From the NCBI RefSeq assembly GCF_000737315.1, contig NZ_JMCB01000002.1, positions 82,001 through 144,000 of the forward strand: DNA of 62,000 nt, given 5' to 3'. The translations under genes and the position numbers were made by a program. Shown here piece after piece: positions 23,466 to 33,000 of this stretch. This stretch comes from Hyalangium minutum. GTDB taxonomy: Bacteria > Myxococcota > Myxococcia > Myxococcales > Myxococcaceae. Below the pieces are notes generated by a model, which searched no databases, was not told where the DNA came from, and was given only the letters and a program-made list of their open reading frames with translations. Within the stretch, counting starts at the first letter, position 1, and every line of letters begins with the position of its first letter.

Positions 23466-26361
23466 GGCTCTTCCCCAGGTGCTTGCGGATGGTGTCCAGG
23501 AGCTGATCGCGGTCCAGCGGCTTGGTGAGGTACGCGTCGCAGCCGGCCTTGAGGGCCCGGTCCTGGTACTCGCGGCCCGCGTGGGCGGTGACGGCGATGA
23601 CGGGGACCTTGGAGATGGCGGCCGGCAGGGCGCGGATGCGACGGGTGGCCTCCCAGCCGTCCACGCGCGGCAGGGACAGGTCCATCAGCACCAGGTCCGG
23701 CGTCTCCTTCTGCGCGCGCTCCAGGCCCAGCTCACCGTCCTCGGCCTCGAGCAGCTCGTAGTTGTTGCCGAGGTAGCGGCGGACGATGTCGCGGTTCTGC
23801 GGGTTGTCCTCGACGTAGAGGATGCGGGGCATGCGCCCGCTGTTGGCCGCGCGCTTCTGCAGCAGCAGCGCCTTGGCTTGGCCAATCACGTCGTCGATGG
23901 CGTGGCCGCCCTTGCGCACGAAGGCGATGAGCCCGTTGCGCAGCGTGCTCTGCTCCTCGCTGGTCAGGTCCTTGCCGGTGAGCACCACCACCGGCATGTG
24001 GAGGTTCTCCGCGCGCAGCCGCCGCAGCACCTCGAAGCCGTCGAGGTTGGGCATCATGAGGTCCAGCACCACGAGGATGGGCGGGGAGACGCGGGCCTTG
24101 AGCAGGGCGTCCTCGCCGCTGTGGGCCTCGGAGGTGGAGAAGCCGGCGCGGCGCAGGCTGCGGCTGACGAGCTCGCGGGTGCCCGCGTCGTCATCCACCA
24201 CCAGCACCTCGCCGGTGCCCAGGGCCTGGGTGCCCAGGGTGCGCGTCACCACCTCCACCAGCCGGTCCGGCTCGATGGGCTTGACGAGGTACTCGCACGC
24301 GCCCAGCGAGTAGCCGCGCGCGCGCTGCTCCTCCACGGACACGAGGATGACGGGGATGGTGGACAGGTGCGGCTCGCTCTTGAGCTGGCTGAGCACGCTC
24401 CAGCCGTCCAGCCGGGGCAGGTGGATGTCCAGGATGATGGCCTGGGGCTTCACCTCGCGCGCCAGCCGCAGCGCGTTCACGCCGTCGCCGGCGGGCACCA
24501 CCTTGAAGCCCGCGGGCTCCAGCTGGCCCACCACCAGCTGCTGCATGAGCAAGTCGTCGTCCACCACCAGCACGGTGCTGCCGGCCGCCAGCGGGGCCAG
24601 CTTCGCCGCCACGTCCTCCACGGACACCGCCTGCTCCGGCTGCTCTCCATTGCTGGAGGCGGACGGCGCGGGGGCCGGGCTCTCCAGCACGCCCGCGAGC
24701 CGCACGGTGAAGGTGGAGCCGCGGCCCAGCACGCTGGTGACGTTGACGTTGCCGCCGAGCACCTTGCTCAGCTCGCGGACAATCGCCAGACCCAGGCCGG
24801 TGCCGCCCACCTTGCGCGTGTGCGAGCCGTCCACCTGGCGGAACTTCTCGAAGATGTGCTGCACCTGATCGGGCGGAATGCCGACGCCGGTGTCCTCCAC
24901 CGACATCACCGCCTCGTTGCCCTCGGCGCGCAGGGCCAGCGCCACCTCTCCGGACTCGGTGAACTTGGCGGCGTTGCTCAGCAGGTTGAGCATGATCTGC
25001 CGCAGCTTCAGCGCGTCCGTCTGCAGGAACCGCGCGCGCTCTTCGATGTTGAGCGTGAGCGCCACGTCCTTGCCCTTGAGGTACTCGCGCACCGTGGCCT
25101 GGCACTCCTCGGCCAGCTCCTGCACGTCCACGCGCTCGGTGACGACTTCCACGCGGCCCGCTTCGATCTTCGACAGGTCCAGAATGTCGTTGATGAGCGC
25201 CAGCAGCGTCTTGGCGTTCGTCTTCACGACGTTCAAGTCACGCCGGCCGTGGGCGGTGAGGCGGCTGCCCTCCTCGCGCATCAGCAGGTCGCAGTAGCCG
25301 ATGATGCCGTTGAGCGGGGTGCGAATCTCGTGGCTGAAGTTGGCGAGGAACTCGCTCTTGAGGCGGGCGGCGGCCTCGGCCTCGCGGGCGCGCTCCTCCT
25401 CGTTGCGCTTGGAGATGGCCAGGTCCGTGGCCAGCTTGTCCAGGTCCTCGTTCTGCTGGCGGATGATCTCCATCTGCAGCGCGCGCTGCTGGTAGCTGGC
25501 CAGCGAGCGGGCGGAGACGGACTTCGTGCGCTTGAGCTCATCGAGGTTCTCGGCCAGCTTCTTGTTGGCCGCCTGGAGCGCCGCCTCGTTGCGCTTGCGC
25601 TCGGTGATGTCCTCGGTGACGCCCATCACATAGAGGACCTCACCCTGCTCATTGGTGAGGGGGATCTTCCGGGTGCCGAACTGGCGATCCTCGCTGACGA
25701 CGCGCGCGACCTCCTCGAAGGATTTGATCTGCTTGGAGGCGGCCACCTCGCGATCAATGGCGACGAAGGCGTCGGCCTGCTCCTTGGGGAAGTAGTCGTG
25801 ATCCAGCTTCCCGAGCAGGCCCTCCTTGGTGGTCTGAAACGAGTCCGTGAACGTCTTGTTGACGACCTTGAGCCGCAGCTCCTTGGCATCCTTGACGAAG
25901 AGGATGAAGGGCAGGCTGTCGATGATCTTGTTGAGCAGCCAGACCGTGCGCTGGAGCTCCTCCCCCTGCTCGTGCTGGTGTCCGCGCGCGAGGATCAGCC
26001 CCAGCCGGCCCAGCTGCTCTTCGGTGAGGTAGTCGCTGGCCCCGGCTTGCATGGCGGCCGCCAGTGTCTCCTCGTTCCACTGGCGTGACAGCACCACGAA
26101 GGGCGTACCGTGGCCCTTTTGCTTCCAAGTGGCGTGAATCTGCTCCAGGGAGAGCGCCCCCGGCTCCGTGCCGAACACCACCAGAGACCAGGGCTTCGCC
26201 AACGCAGCAGCGAGCGCGTCGGCGCTGGAGACCCGCTCCACCTCGTGCCGCGGCGACACTCGGCGCAGTGCGTTTAGAACCTGCTCGGTCTCGCGTTCGC
26301 TGGTGTGGAGGAGGATGCGGTGGGTAGGGCTTTCGGTTTGCGCGAGGGGCGAGAGGCTCAT
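23458..26361 (-). CDS. Cytoplasmic hybrid histidine kinase: pseudo-REC-PAS-coiled coil-HisKA-HATPase-3x REC
   Basis: PAS end GVTEDITERK; H-box ANFSHEIRTPLNGIIG; NLLSNAAKFT; DTGVGI; GGTGLGLAI; three RECs, each with Asp; TGATG coupling to the FIST gene. Confidence 0.93.
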   Translation of the reverse strand: MSLSPLAQTESPTHRILLHTSERETEQVLNALRRVSPRHEVERVSSADALAAALAKPWSLVVFGTEPGALSLEQIHATWKQKGHGTPFVVLSRQWNEETLAAAMQAGASDYLTEEQLGRLGLILARGHQHEQGEELQRTVWLLNKIIDSLPFILFVKDAKELRLKVVNKTFTDSFQTTKEGLLGKLDHDYFPKEQADAFVAIDREVAASKQIKSFEEVARVVSEDRQFGTRKIPLTNEQGEVLYVMGVTEDITERKRNEAALQAANKKLAENLDELKRTKSVSARSLASYQQRALQMEIIRQQNEDLDKLATDLAISKRNEEERAREAEAAARLKSEFLANFSHEIRTPLNGIIGYCDLLMREEGSRLTAHGRRDLNVVKTNAKTLLALINDILDLSKIEAGRVEVVTERVDVQELAEECQATVREYLKGKDVALTLNIEERARFLQTDALKLRQIMLNLLSNAAKFTESGEVALALRAEGNEAVMSVEDTGVGIPPDQVQHIFEKFRQVDGSHTRKVGGTGLGLAIVRELSKVLGGNVNVTSVLGRGSTFTVRLAGVLESPAPAPSASSNGEQPEQAVSVEDVAAKLAPLAAGSTVLVVDDDLLMQQLVVGQLEPAGFKVVPAGDGVNALRLAREVKPQAIILDIHLPRLDGWSVLSQLKSEPHLSTIPVILVSVEEQRARGYSLGACEYLVKPIEPDRLVEVVTRTLGTQALGTGEVLVVDDDAGTRELVSRSLRRAGFSTSEAHSGEDALLKARVSPPILVVLDLMMPNLDGFEVLRRLRAENLHMPVVVLTGKDLTSEEQSTLRNGLIAFVRKGGHAIDDVIGQAKALLLQKRAANSGRMPRILYVEDNPQNRDIVRRYLGNNYELLEAEDGELGLERAQKETPDLVLMDLSLPRVDGWEATRRIRALPAAISKVPVIAVTAHAGREYQDRALKAGCDAYLTKPLDRDQLLDTIRKHLGKSHG

Positions 26362-27524
26362 CAGTTGGATCCGAACGCCAGCACGGTCAGCGTGGTGTTG
26401 ATGTGGAACCCCGAGTAGATCTCGAAGTGCACATTCATTCCAGCCGCCGTCGGCGCGGAGCGCAAGGTCTCCGCCAATTCGGGAACCTTACCTGTAGCGC
26501 TCGCGTACCACATACGCCCACCGCAATGAAACAGGAGGACAGCCTGGGGGTTGTGTACCCGCCTGGGCAGCTCCTCCGTGAAGAAGGACTTCGTCATTCC
26601 GGCCATGTCGCCAATCTTCATGAGCTCCAGCTCGGAGCCCTCCTCCAGCAAGTTGGCGAAAAGAATGGAGTTATCCTCGAGGATGGGCTTCCAGGGGGCG
26701 CGGATGAAGTACTCGCGTCCCACGCGGAGTGCGGTCGGGCGGACGGCGAAGCCCTTGGGGGTTCCGAACTCCAGCTCACTCGGCTGGCACCCGAGCAGGT
26801 CCGCGTAGCGCTGGGCCGCCGGCTTGCCATCAATCTCCAGGGCGCGGGTGTGCGTCTCGTCGACCTTGGTAATCGTCATCCGCTCGCCGGTGGGGATGTA
26901 CCAGTGCGAGCGGAGGGCGGCGAACGGGGCGTTGGTGCGGAACAGGGCCACGAGCACCGCGTCGGTGGCGACTTCACCGTCCACGTGGAGCTGCGAGGAC
27001 TGCTTGGAGATGTCGCGGTTGTCGTCGCTGGCGCCGCCGCCCACGAGCACCAGCGTCTGGTTCTTCTCGAGGATGCCCAGCAGCAGCTCTTCCTTCTTGT
27101 AGCGGAAGCCGTCGTCAATCACGAGGCCCACGTACTTGCGCGGATCCAGATCCGCCTGCCGCACGCCGAGCTCCTCGCAGGCCTTCTTGATGGCGTTGCC
27201 GCCCGCGGAGACGGCATCCAGGCTCAGGCCGGTGCCCAGGCCCACGCCCACGTCGAAGTCCCCGTAGAGGGCGCCGAGCACCACGGAGCCGGAGTGGATG
27301 CCGGTGTTGTCCAGCTCACCGGCGGTGGTGGCGCCCACCAGGCGGCAGCCCTTGGGGAGCCGCTCGCGCACGGCGCGGTTGAGCGCGCTCTGGTCGCGCT
27401 CACGCGAGGCGAACATCATCACCAGCTTGGGGGTGATGCTGCCCAGCTGCTTCATCAAGTCCTCCGCGGCCGCGACGGGCTCCTTCTCGGTGCTGCGAGC
27501 CGTCTGCATCTTCACTTGCGCCAT
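26361..27524 (-). CDS. FIST_N/FIST_C domain protein (NosP-like sensor)
   Basis: Start reassigned to ATG 27524 with GGAGG SD; GATTAGE, LVGGGASDD, EIDGKPA...Y, FHCGGR, C-terminal HINTT. Confidence 0.85.
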   Translation of the reverse strand: MAQVKMQTARSTEKEPVAAAEDLMKQLGSITPKLVMMFASRERDQSALNRAVRERLPKGCRLVGATTAGELDNTGIHSGSVVLGALYGDFDVGVGLGTGLSLDAVSAGGNAIKKACEELGVRQADLDPRKYVGLVIDDGFRYKKEELLLGILEKNQTLVLVGGGASDDNRDISKQSSQLHVDGEVATDAVLVALFRTNAPFAALRSHWYIPTGERMTITKVDETHTRALEIDGKPAAQRYADLLGCQPSELEFGTPKGFAVRPTALRVGREYFIRAPWKPILEDNSILFANLLEEGSELELMKIGDMAGMTKSFFTEELPRRVHNPQAVLLFHCGGRMWYASATGKVPELAETLRSAPTAAGMNVHFEIYSGFHINTTLTVLAFGSN

Positions 27525-27549
27525 GGAGGACCTCCGGGTGTGGGAGCGG

Positions 27550-29379
27550 CTAGAGGCCGCTCTGAGGGTGATTAGTGTGGCAGGTACTGGTGCACTGCTG
27601 GAAGGATTCGCTGCCGCCCCCCACATACATGCTCTTGAGGGGGCCGAATTGGGCCTGGTGCTGGGGGGACCACGTCTTGTGGCACGAGAAGCATGCAGCC
27701 TTGCTGGTGCGCTGGATGCTGGAGCGGTTCAGGTGGCAGCTGCTGCACTGAGCCAGGTTGGTATCAAACCGGTCCGAGCGCGAGTGGATGAAGTGCACGC
27801 GCACGAAGATGGGGCCCTCCAGCTCGAAGGAGAGGGGGGCGTGGCAGCCGTTGCAGGCGGCTCGGTTGTCGTTGCCGTGGAGCACGCTGGCCAGCTCGCC
27901 GCCCTTGCTGTGGCAGCTGTTGCACGGGCCGGTGGTGGGCACCGGGGTGGTCTGCTGCCGGGTGCCGACCTGGATTTCCAGGGTGCGGCTGTAGGGCATG
28001 TCCTCGCCCAGGTACACACGGCGGCCCTTCACCGTGACGAGGTAGGTGCCAGGCACGGCGTTGGCGGGCAGCTGGGTGGTCCACGTGTCGCTGACGGGCG
28101 CAGCCCAGCCGGCGTGGGTGGGATCGAACGCACCGCCGAACAGGTTCGGGCCCTTCGGGATGGTCTGCACCTGGGAGAAGAGGCCGTCACGCTCGAAGGT
28201 GGCCGGCGTCTGGACGGTAGGCCCCAGGAAGTCGTTGAGGTCGAGGATGGAGCGGATGGGCTGGATTCTCTGGGCCGGCCCGATGATCTGCGTCATCAGC
28301 ATGCGCTCGCGGTGCTTCCTGCGGTAATACGTGGCCGACGGATCGAAGAACGCCCGATAGTACTGGATGCCCGGCTCATTGTTGCCGAAGACAACCTCAT
28401 TATACGTCGGAAGCGAGCCCTGGGGGTGGAGCCTGCGGCCGGAGCCATCCTTCAGGGTGAGACGGAAGGTGATGGAGGTGCCCGGGGCGTAGGTACCGTC
28501 CGCGCGGGGCGGAGTGACGGGCACCATGTCGATGGAGAAGCCGTAGTCATACGCGGGGCGTGCCACCTGCTCCACGGGGATGGTGTACGGGGCGCTGGGG
28601 CGCAGGGACCAGCGCAGGCGGAGCGCCTTGGTGCGCGAGTCGAGCTTCAGCAGCTTCTCCTTGCACGGGGTGCGGGCGTTGCGCAGCTCCACCAGCGCCT
28701 CCTCCATGAAGTTGTTGGCGCCCGCGCAGCTCTCCAGCGAGCGGCAGTCATACGTCCACTGGATGGCGCGGAAGCGGCGGACGAAGAAGTCGTCGTCATC
28801 CCGGCGCTGGTCGTTGGCGCCCGCGTTGAGCTCCAGGGGGCGGCCGAGGGTGCGGCCCTGGGCGTCCACCTGCTCCACGATGAAGATGCTGGGCAGGTCC
28901 ATCCACAAGGCGTTCCGGTAGAAGCGGCGGCGCTTGTAGCCCTCGGGGCCCGGAGACAGCTCGAACTCCTCGTCCACCTGCCGCACGCCAAGCCACCCCA
29001 GGCCGGCGAACAACCCGTTGCGGCGCAGGCCGTCCACGCCTTCGTCCCGGGTGGCCGTCACCGAGCTGCGCAGGTCGATCTGGTTGATGAAGAAGGTCTG
29101 CCCCGCCTTCACGCGCAGCGGGATGCCCTCGCCGTCCTCCACCTCGAGCGCCAGGCTCACGGCCTTGTCGGTCGACGGGTCCGAGCGGCGCTCGTCGTCG
29201 GCGTCCTCCACGGCCTGGGACTGAGTGCTCAGCTCGGAGGGGGCGCTGGCGCCCGCCGGCTCTGCGCCGCACGCGGCCATCAGCGGGGTGAGTGAAGCAA
29301 GCAGGAGCACCACACCGAGCGACCCCACCTGTCGGGTGGTCTCGACCTTCATTGCCAGCGGCGCCGTCGACTTACGCAT
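27550..29379 (-). CDS. Multiheme c-type cytochrome lipoprotein (C-terminal heme domain reminiscent of MtrC/OmcA)
   Basis: Lipobox LMAA-C; CNSCH, CNGCH, CSSCH, CFSCH plus CTSTCH; VHFIH motif. Confidence 0.85.
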   Translation of the reverse strand: MRKSTAPLAMKVETTRQVGSLGVVLLLASLTPLMAACGAEPAGASAPSELSTQSQAVEDADDERRSDPSTDKAVSLALEVEDGEGIPLRVKAGQTFFINQIDLRSSVTATRDEGVDGLRRNGLFAGLGWLGVRQVDEEFELSPGPEGYKRRRFYRNALWMDLPSIFIVEQVDAQGRTLGRPLELNAGANDQRRDDDDFFVRRFRAIQWTYDCRSLESCAGANNFMEEALVELRNARTPCKEKLLKLDSRTKALRLRWSLRPSAPYTIPVEQVARPAYDYGFSIDMVPVTPPRADGTYAPGTSITFRLTLKDGSGRRLHPQGSLPTYNEVVFGNNEPGIQYYRAFFDPSATYYRRKHRERMLMTQIIGPAQRIQPIRSILDLNDFLGPTVQTPATFERDGLFSQVQTIPKGPNLFGGAFDPTHAGWAAPVSDTWTTQLPANAVPGTYLVTVKGRRVYLGEDMPYSRTLEIQVGTRQQTTPVPTTGPCNSCHSKGGELASVLHGNDNRAACNGCHAPLSFELEGPIFVRVHFIHSRSDRFDTNLAQCSSCHLNRSSIQRTSKAACFSCHKTWSPQHQAQFGPLKSMYVGGGSESFQQCTSTCHTNHPQSGL

Positions 29380-29484
29380 GAGGGCCCCTCCTTGCTGCTG
29401 GCCGGGGAGAGGGAAGAGACCCCGGCCTTCTGATTATGTCCCCTGAACTCTCTTCTAAAACAGAGAGTACCAGAGAATCGTCAT

Positions 29485-29502
29485 TTCCGGCTTTAGCCGG
29501 AA
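29485..29502. promoter_or_regulatory. Inverted repeat TTCCGGCT-TT-AGCCGGAA upstream of the cytochrome gene; candidate operator
   Basis: 8-bp perfect arms with a 2-nt centre, in an AT-rich intergenic region about 105 bp upstream of the start at 29379. Confidence 0.45.
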
Positions 29503-29786
29503 GAGGCTGTTTCGAGCAGAAGAAAGAATATCCGTCTCAGGCAGAACAATTCAACTGTTAAGAAACTTGAACGGGCCTGAAAAGCGGTGAGATTGAAACA
29601 GAGCGTAATTTTCCCTTAAATCCTCAAAAACTGGGGTGTTTCAGGGGGGATTGAAAACAGGGTGTGGGGCGAAATCCGAGAGGGTGTGTGAACGAGGAAT
29701 CCTTGACTTCCCAACCCATTTCTTATTGAGCCGAGCGGGATTTTTTGGATCGCAACGAGCGCTCCAGAAATGGAGAAAACGGCGCT

Positions 29787-29826
29787 CCAGAGCGCTCTCC
29801 GCACGTAGCAGGTGAGAGCGCTCTGG
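29787..29826. repeat. 13-bp perfect inverted repeat CCAGAGCGCTCTC-N14-GAGAGCGCTCTGG
   Basis: Read directly; each arm contains the palindrome AGAGCGCTCT. Confidence 0.7.
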
Positions 29827-30028
29827 GCCGACCCGGGCCTCGCGCGAGGGACGGCGCGGCGATTCAGGGGACACCACTCACCAGGTTGGGCCGCGGAGGC
29901 TGGCGTGAGGGGCGAGGGAGAGGAGGTGCGCCCCTGCTTCGTTGCTCGGGGTGCGTTGCGGAATGGCCTTCCTCGGCGCACGGCGTTAAGAGGCGAGCCC
30001 CGTTTTCTTTGGCCCCCAGCGATCTCCT

Positions 30029-33000
30029 ATGTCCCTCGTCGAAGGTCTCAAGGTTCGTTATCTCCCGCAGCCCGAGTGGGGCGTGGGTCACCTTGCCGCG
30101 CTCCAGGAAGGGGGCGCCAAGGCGGTCGTCTTCTTCCCGGCCCGCGAGGACTCCGCGGTGCTCGTCTCCACCAAAGGCGGGGCGCTCGTGTCGTACGCGC
30201 TGCCCAGCGGGGAGCCCGTCGTGACCGTCAAGGGACGGCAGGCCACCGTGGTGCGCGAGGAGCCCGGGGCTCGTGGGCTGCGCCGGTACGTCATCCGCTA
30301 CGCAGACACCGGTGAAGAGGACGAGATGCCCGAGTCCGAGCTGCGCGCGCTGCCTCCGCGCTCGGATCTGCTCTCCACCCTGCGCGAGGGCCGCGTCGGG
30401 GATTCCAAGGCCTTCATGCTCCGGAAGCAGGCGCTCGTGCTGGACGATGAGCGCCGGTGTGACGCCCTGGGCGCGCTGCTGGCCAGCCGGGTGATGGTGA
30501 AGCCTCACCAGGTGGGCGTGGTGCAGCGCGTGCTCTCCGCGCGCCGTCCGCGCTTCGTGCTCGCCGATGAGGTGGGCCTGGGGAAGACCATTGAAGCGGG
30601 CATGGTGTTCAGTGCGCTCCGGCTCTCGGGGCTCGCGCGCCGCGTGCTCGTGGTGGCCCCCAGCCACCTGACCGTGCAGTGGCTCGTGGAGCTGTTCCAC
30701 AAGTTCAACCAGCTCTTCACGTTGATGGACTCCGACCGCTACGCGCAGTCCCTCAAGGAGCAGCCCGAGGTGTCTCCCTGGGAGCGCTTCCCGCTCGTGG
30801 TGACCAGCCTGGAGATGCTCGCGCGCAACGAGGAGCACCGGCAGGCCGTCGCCGAGGAGGATGCGTTCTGGGATCTCGTCATTATTGATGAGGCCCACCA
30901 CCTCAAGGGCGAGAAGGCGTTCGAGGCCGCCGAGGCGCTCGCGGGCAATAGCTGGGGCCTGCTGCTGCTCACCGCCACGCCCATGCAGCTGGACCCGGCC
31001 GAGTACCACGGGCTGCTCACGCTGATCGACGCGGCCACCGCGCCCACGGTGAAGGGTTTCGAGTCGCGCTTGGCCCGGCAGGAGGAGCTGTCCACCGCTG
31101 TCCGCGCGCTGCTCGAGGGCAATGAGCCCGCCAAGGCCGTGAAGGCGCTGGCCAAACGCTTCCCCGAGGACGCCAAGCTCCAGGGGCTCAAGGACCGGGA
31201 CGCGCTGCTGGAGCACCTCGCGGAGACGTACAGCCTGTCCGACCGGCTCGTGCGCAACCGTCGCGCCATTGTCGGCGGCTTCTCCACCCGGCGCCTGCAC
31301 CGCCACCCGGTGAAGCTCTCCGCCGAGGAGCTGAAGACACGCGATAGCGCCTTGGCGGCCCTCGCGAAGTCGAGCCTGCGCGGCGCGCCGCTGGCCAACG
31401 TGCTGCGCCGGCTGGAGTCCAGCCCCTCGGCGTTCGCTGGTGCCGTCAGCTCCAACCCCGCGCTGAAGGGCGCGGATCTGAAGCTGCCGTCGCGGGATGC
31501 GAAGCTGGTGGCGTTCCTCGGCGTGCTGCGCGGCATCTGGGCCTCTGAGGCCGCCGCCAAGGTGCTCGTGTTCACCGAGAGCCGCGACACCCTGGAGGCC
31601 CTGCAGGCGGAGCTGGGCCGCGAGGGCATCGAGGCGCTCGGCTACCACGGCGACTTGCCGCTGGTGGAGAGAGACAGACAGGTGGCGCGCTTCCGCGATC
31701 CCGAGGGCCCCAAGGTCCTGCTGTGCACCGAAGTCGGTGGCGAGGGCCGCAACTTCCAGTTCGCCCACCACCTGGTGCACTACGACTTGCCGTGGAGCCC
31801 CGGCACCGTCGAGCAGCGCATCGGCCGCCTGGACCGCATCGGCCAGACGAAGCCGGTGGAGATCCACGTGTTTGACCCAGCGGGCACGCTCGCCTCGGAC
31901 GTGCTGATGCTGCTGGCGGACGCGGTGGGAGTGTTCGGCGAGACCGTGGGTGGCCTCGACGCGGTGCTGGAGGAGGTGGAGGACCGGATCGCCGAGCTGG
32001 CACTGCTGCCTCGCGAGGCCCGCGTCGCCTACGCGGCCGAGCTGAAGACCAAGGTGGAGGCGGCTCGGGCGCAGGTGAAGCGCGCGTATGACCCGCTGCT
32101 GGATCTGCGCTCCTTCGACAAGCCGGCGGTGGCGCGGCTGGTGGCGCGTGCGCAAGCGCGCATGGGCATGGAGGAGGAGGACGAAGAAGAGGGCGAGGAG
32201 CTGCCGCTGGAGGATGGCCTCTGGGGCGTGGCGAGAGACCTCGACGAGCGGCTGGAGGAGACCGTCACGGAGCTGGCCAAGCGGGTCGGCATCCGCGTGG
32301 ACACGGACGAGGAGGTGGACGCGTTCCAGTGCGCCTTCCACTTCGGCCATGCGCTCAACGTGGAGGGGCTGCCCGGACTCGACGTGATGGAGGACCGGAC
32401 GCTGCTGGGCACTTTCTGGCGCGACACGGCGGTGGAGGCCGAGGAACTGGAGTACTTCGCCACTGGGCACTCGCTGGTGGAGGCGCTGTTCGGCTTCCTG
32501 CGCGACGGGCCGTACGGGCGCAGCGGCTTCCGGTTCATCGAGAAGCGCGGGCCCCTCAAGGCGCGCGGGCTGGAGCTGCTCTACCACGTGCAGACGCCCG
32601 AGCCCGAGGACACCTCTGCCGGTGCCCGTGTGCCGAGCCGTCAGCTCGCGCGCTTCCTGGAGCGCACGCTGCTGCCGGTGGCCGTGGCCGAGGGGCCGGG
32701 TGGTGCCAAGGCGGATGCGACGCTGCTGCCCGCGCTGGAGGCAGAGGGCCGCGCGCTCAAGGGCGACGAGGTGTCGCGCGCGTTCCCGGGTGTCCGCGCG
32801 TTCGTGGACGCGGCGGTGACCGTGGGACAGAAGGCCGCCGAGGCGGAGCTGGGCAAGCTGGCCGCGAAGGCGCGCAAGGCCATCGAGGCCGAGCGGGACG
32901 CCACGCTGGAGCGGATGCGTCTGTCACTGGGACACCAGGGGCTGGATGCCAAGGCGCTGGAGGCCCAGCTCGACGCGGAGCGCACGCACTACGAGCGCCT

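Noticed and set aside
23452-26088. Long antisense ORFs (e.g. 23452-26088, 29864-32587, 10066-12435, 57419-59407) as overlapping genes
   Set aside because: Stop-poor antisense frames are expected in high-GC3 genes; the translations show no recognisable motifs.
27525-27535. GGAGG-T-CCTCC hairpin sequestering the FIST ribosome-binding site
   Set aside because: Stem is only 4-5 bp with a 1-3 nt loop; too weak to claim without folding data.
29700-30028. 6S, SRP, tmRNA or RNase P RNA in the long intergenic region
   Set aside because: None of their conserved signature sequences could be found by eye; an Infernal/Rfam scan would be decisive.
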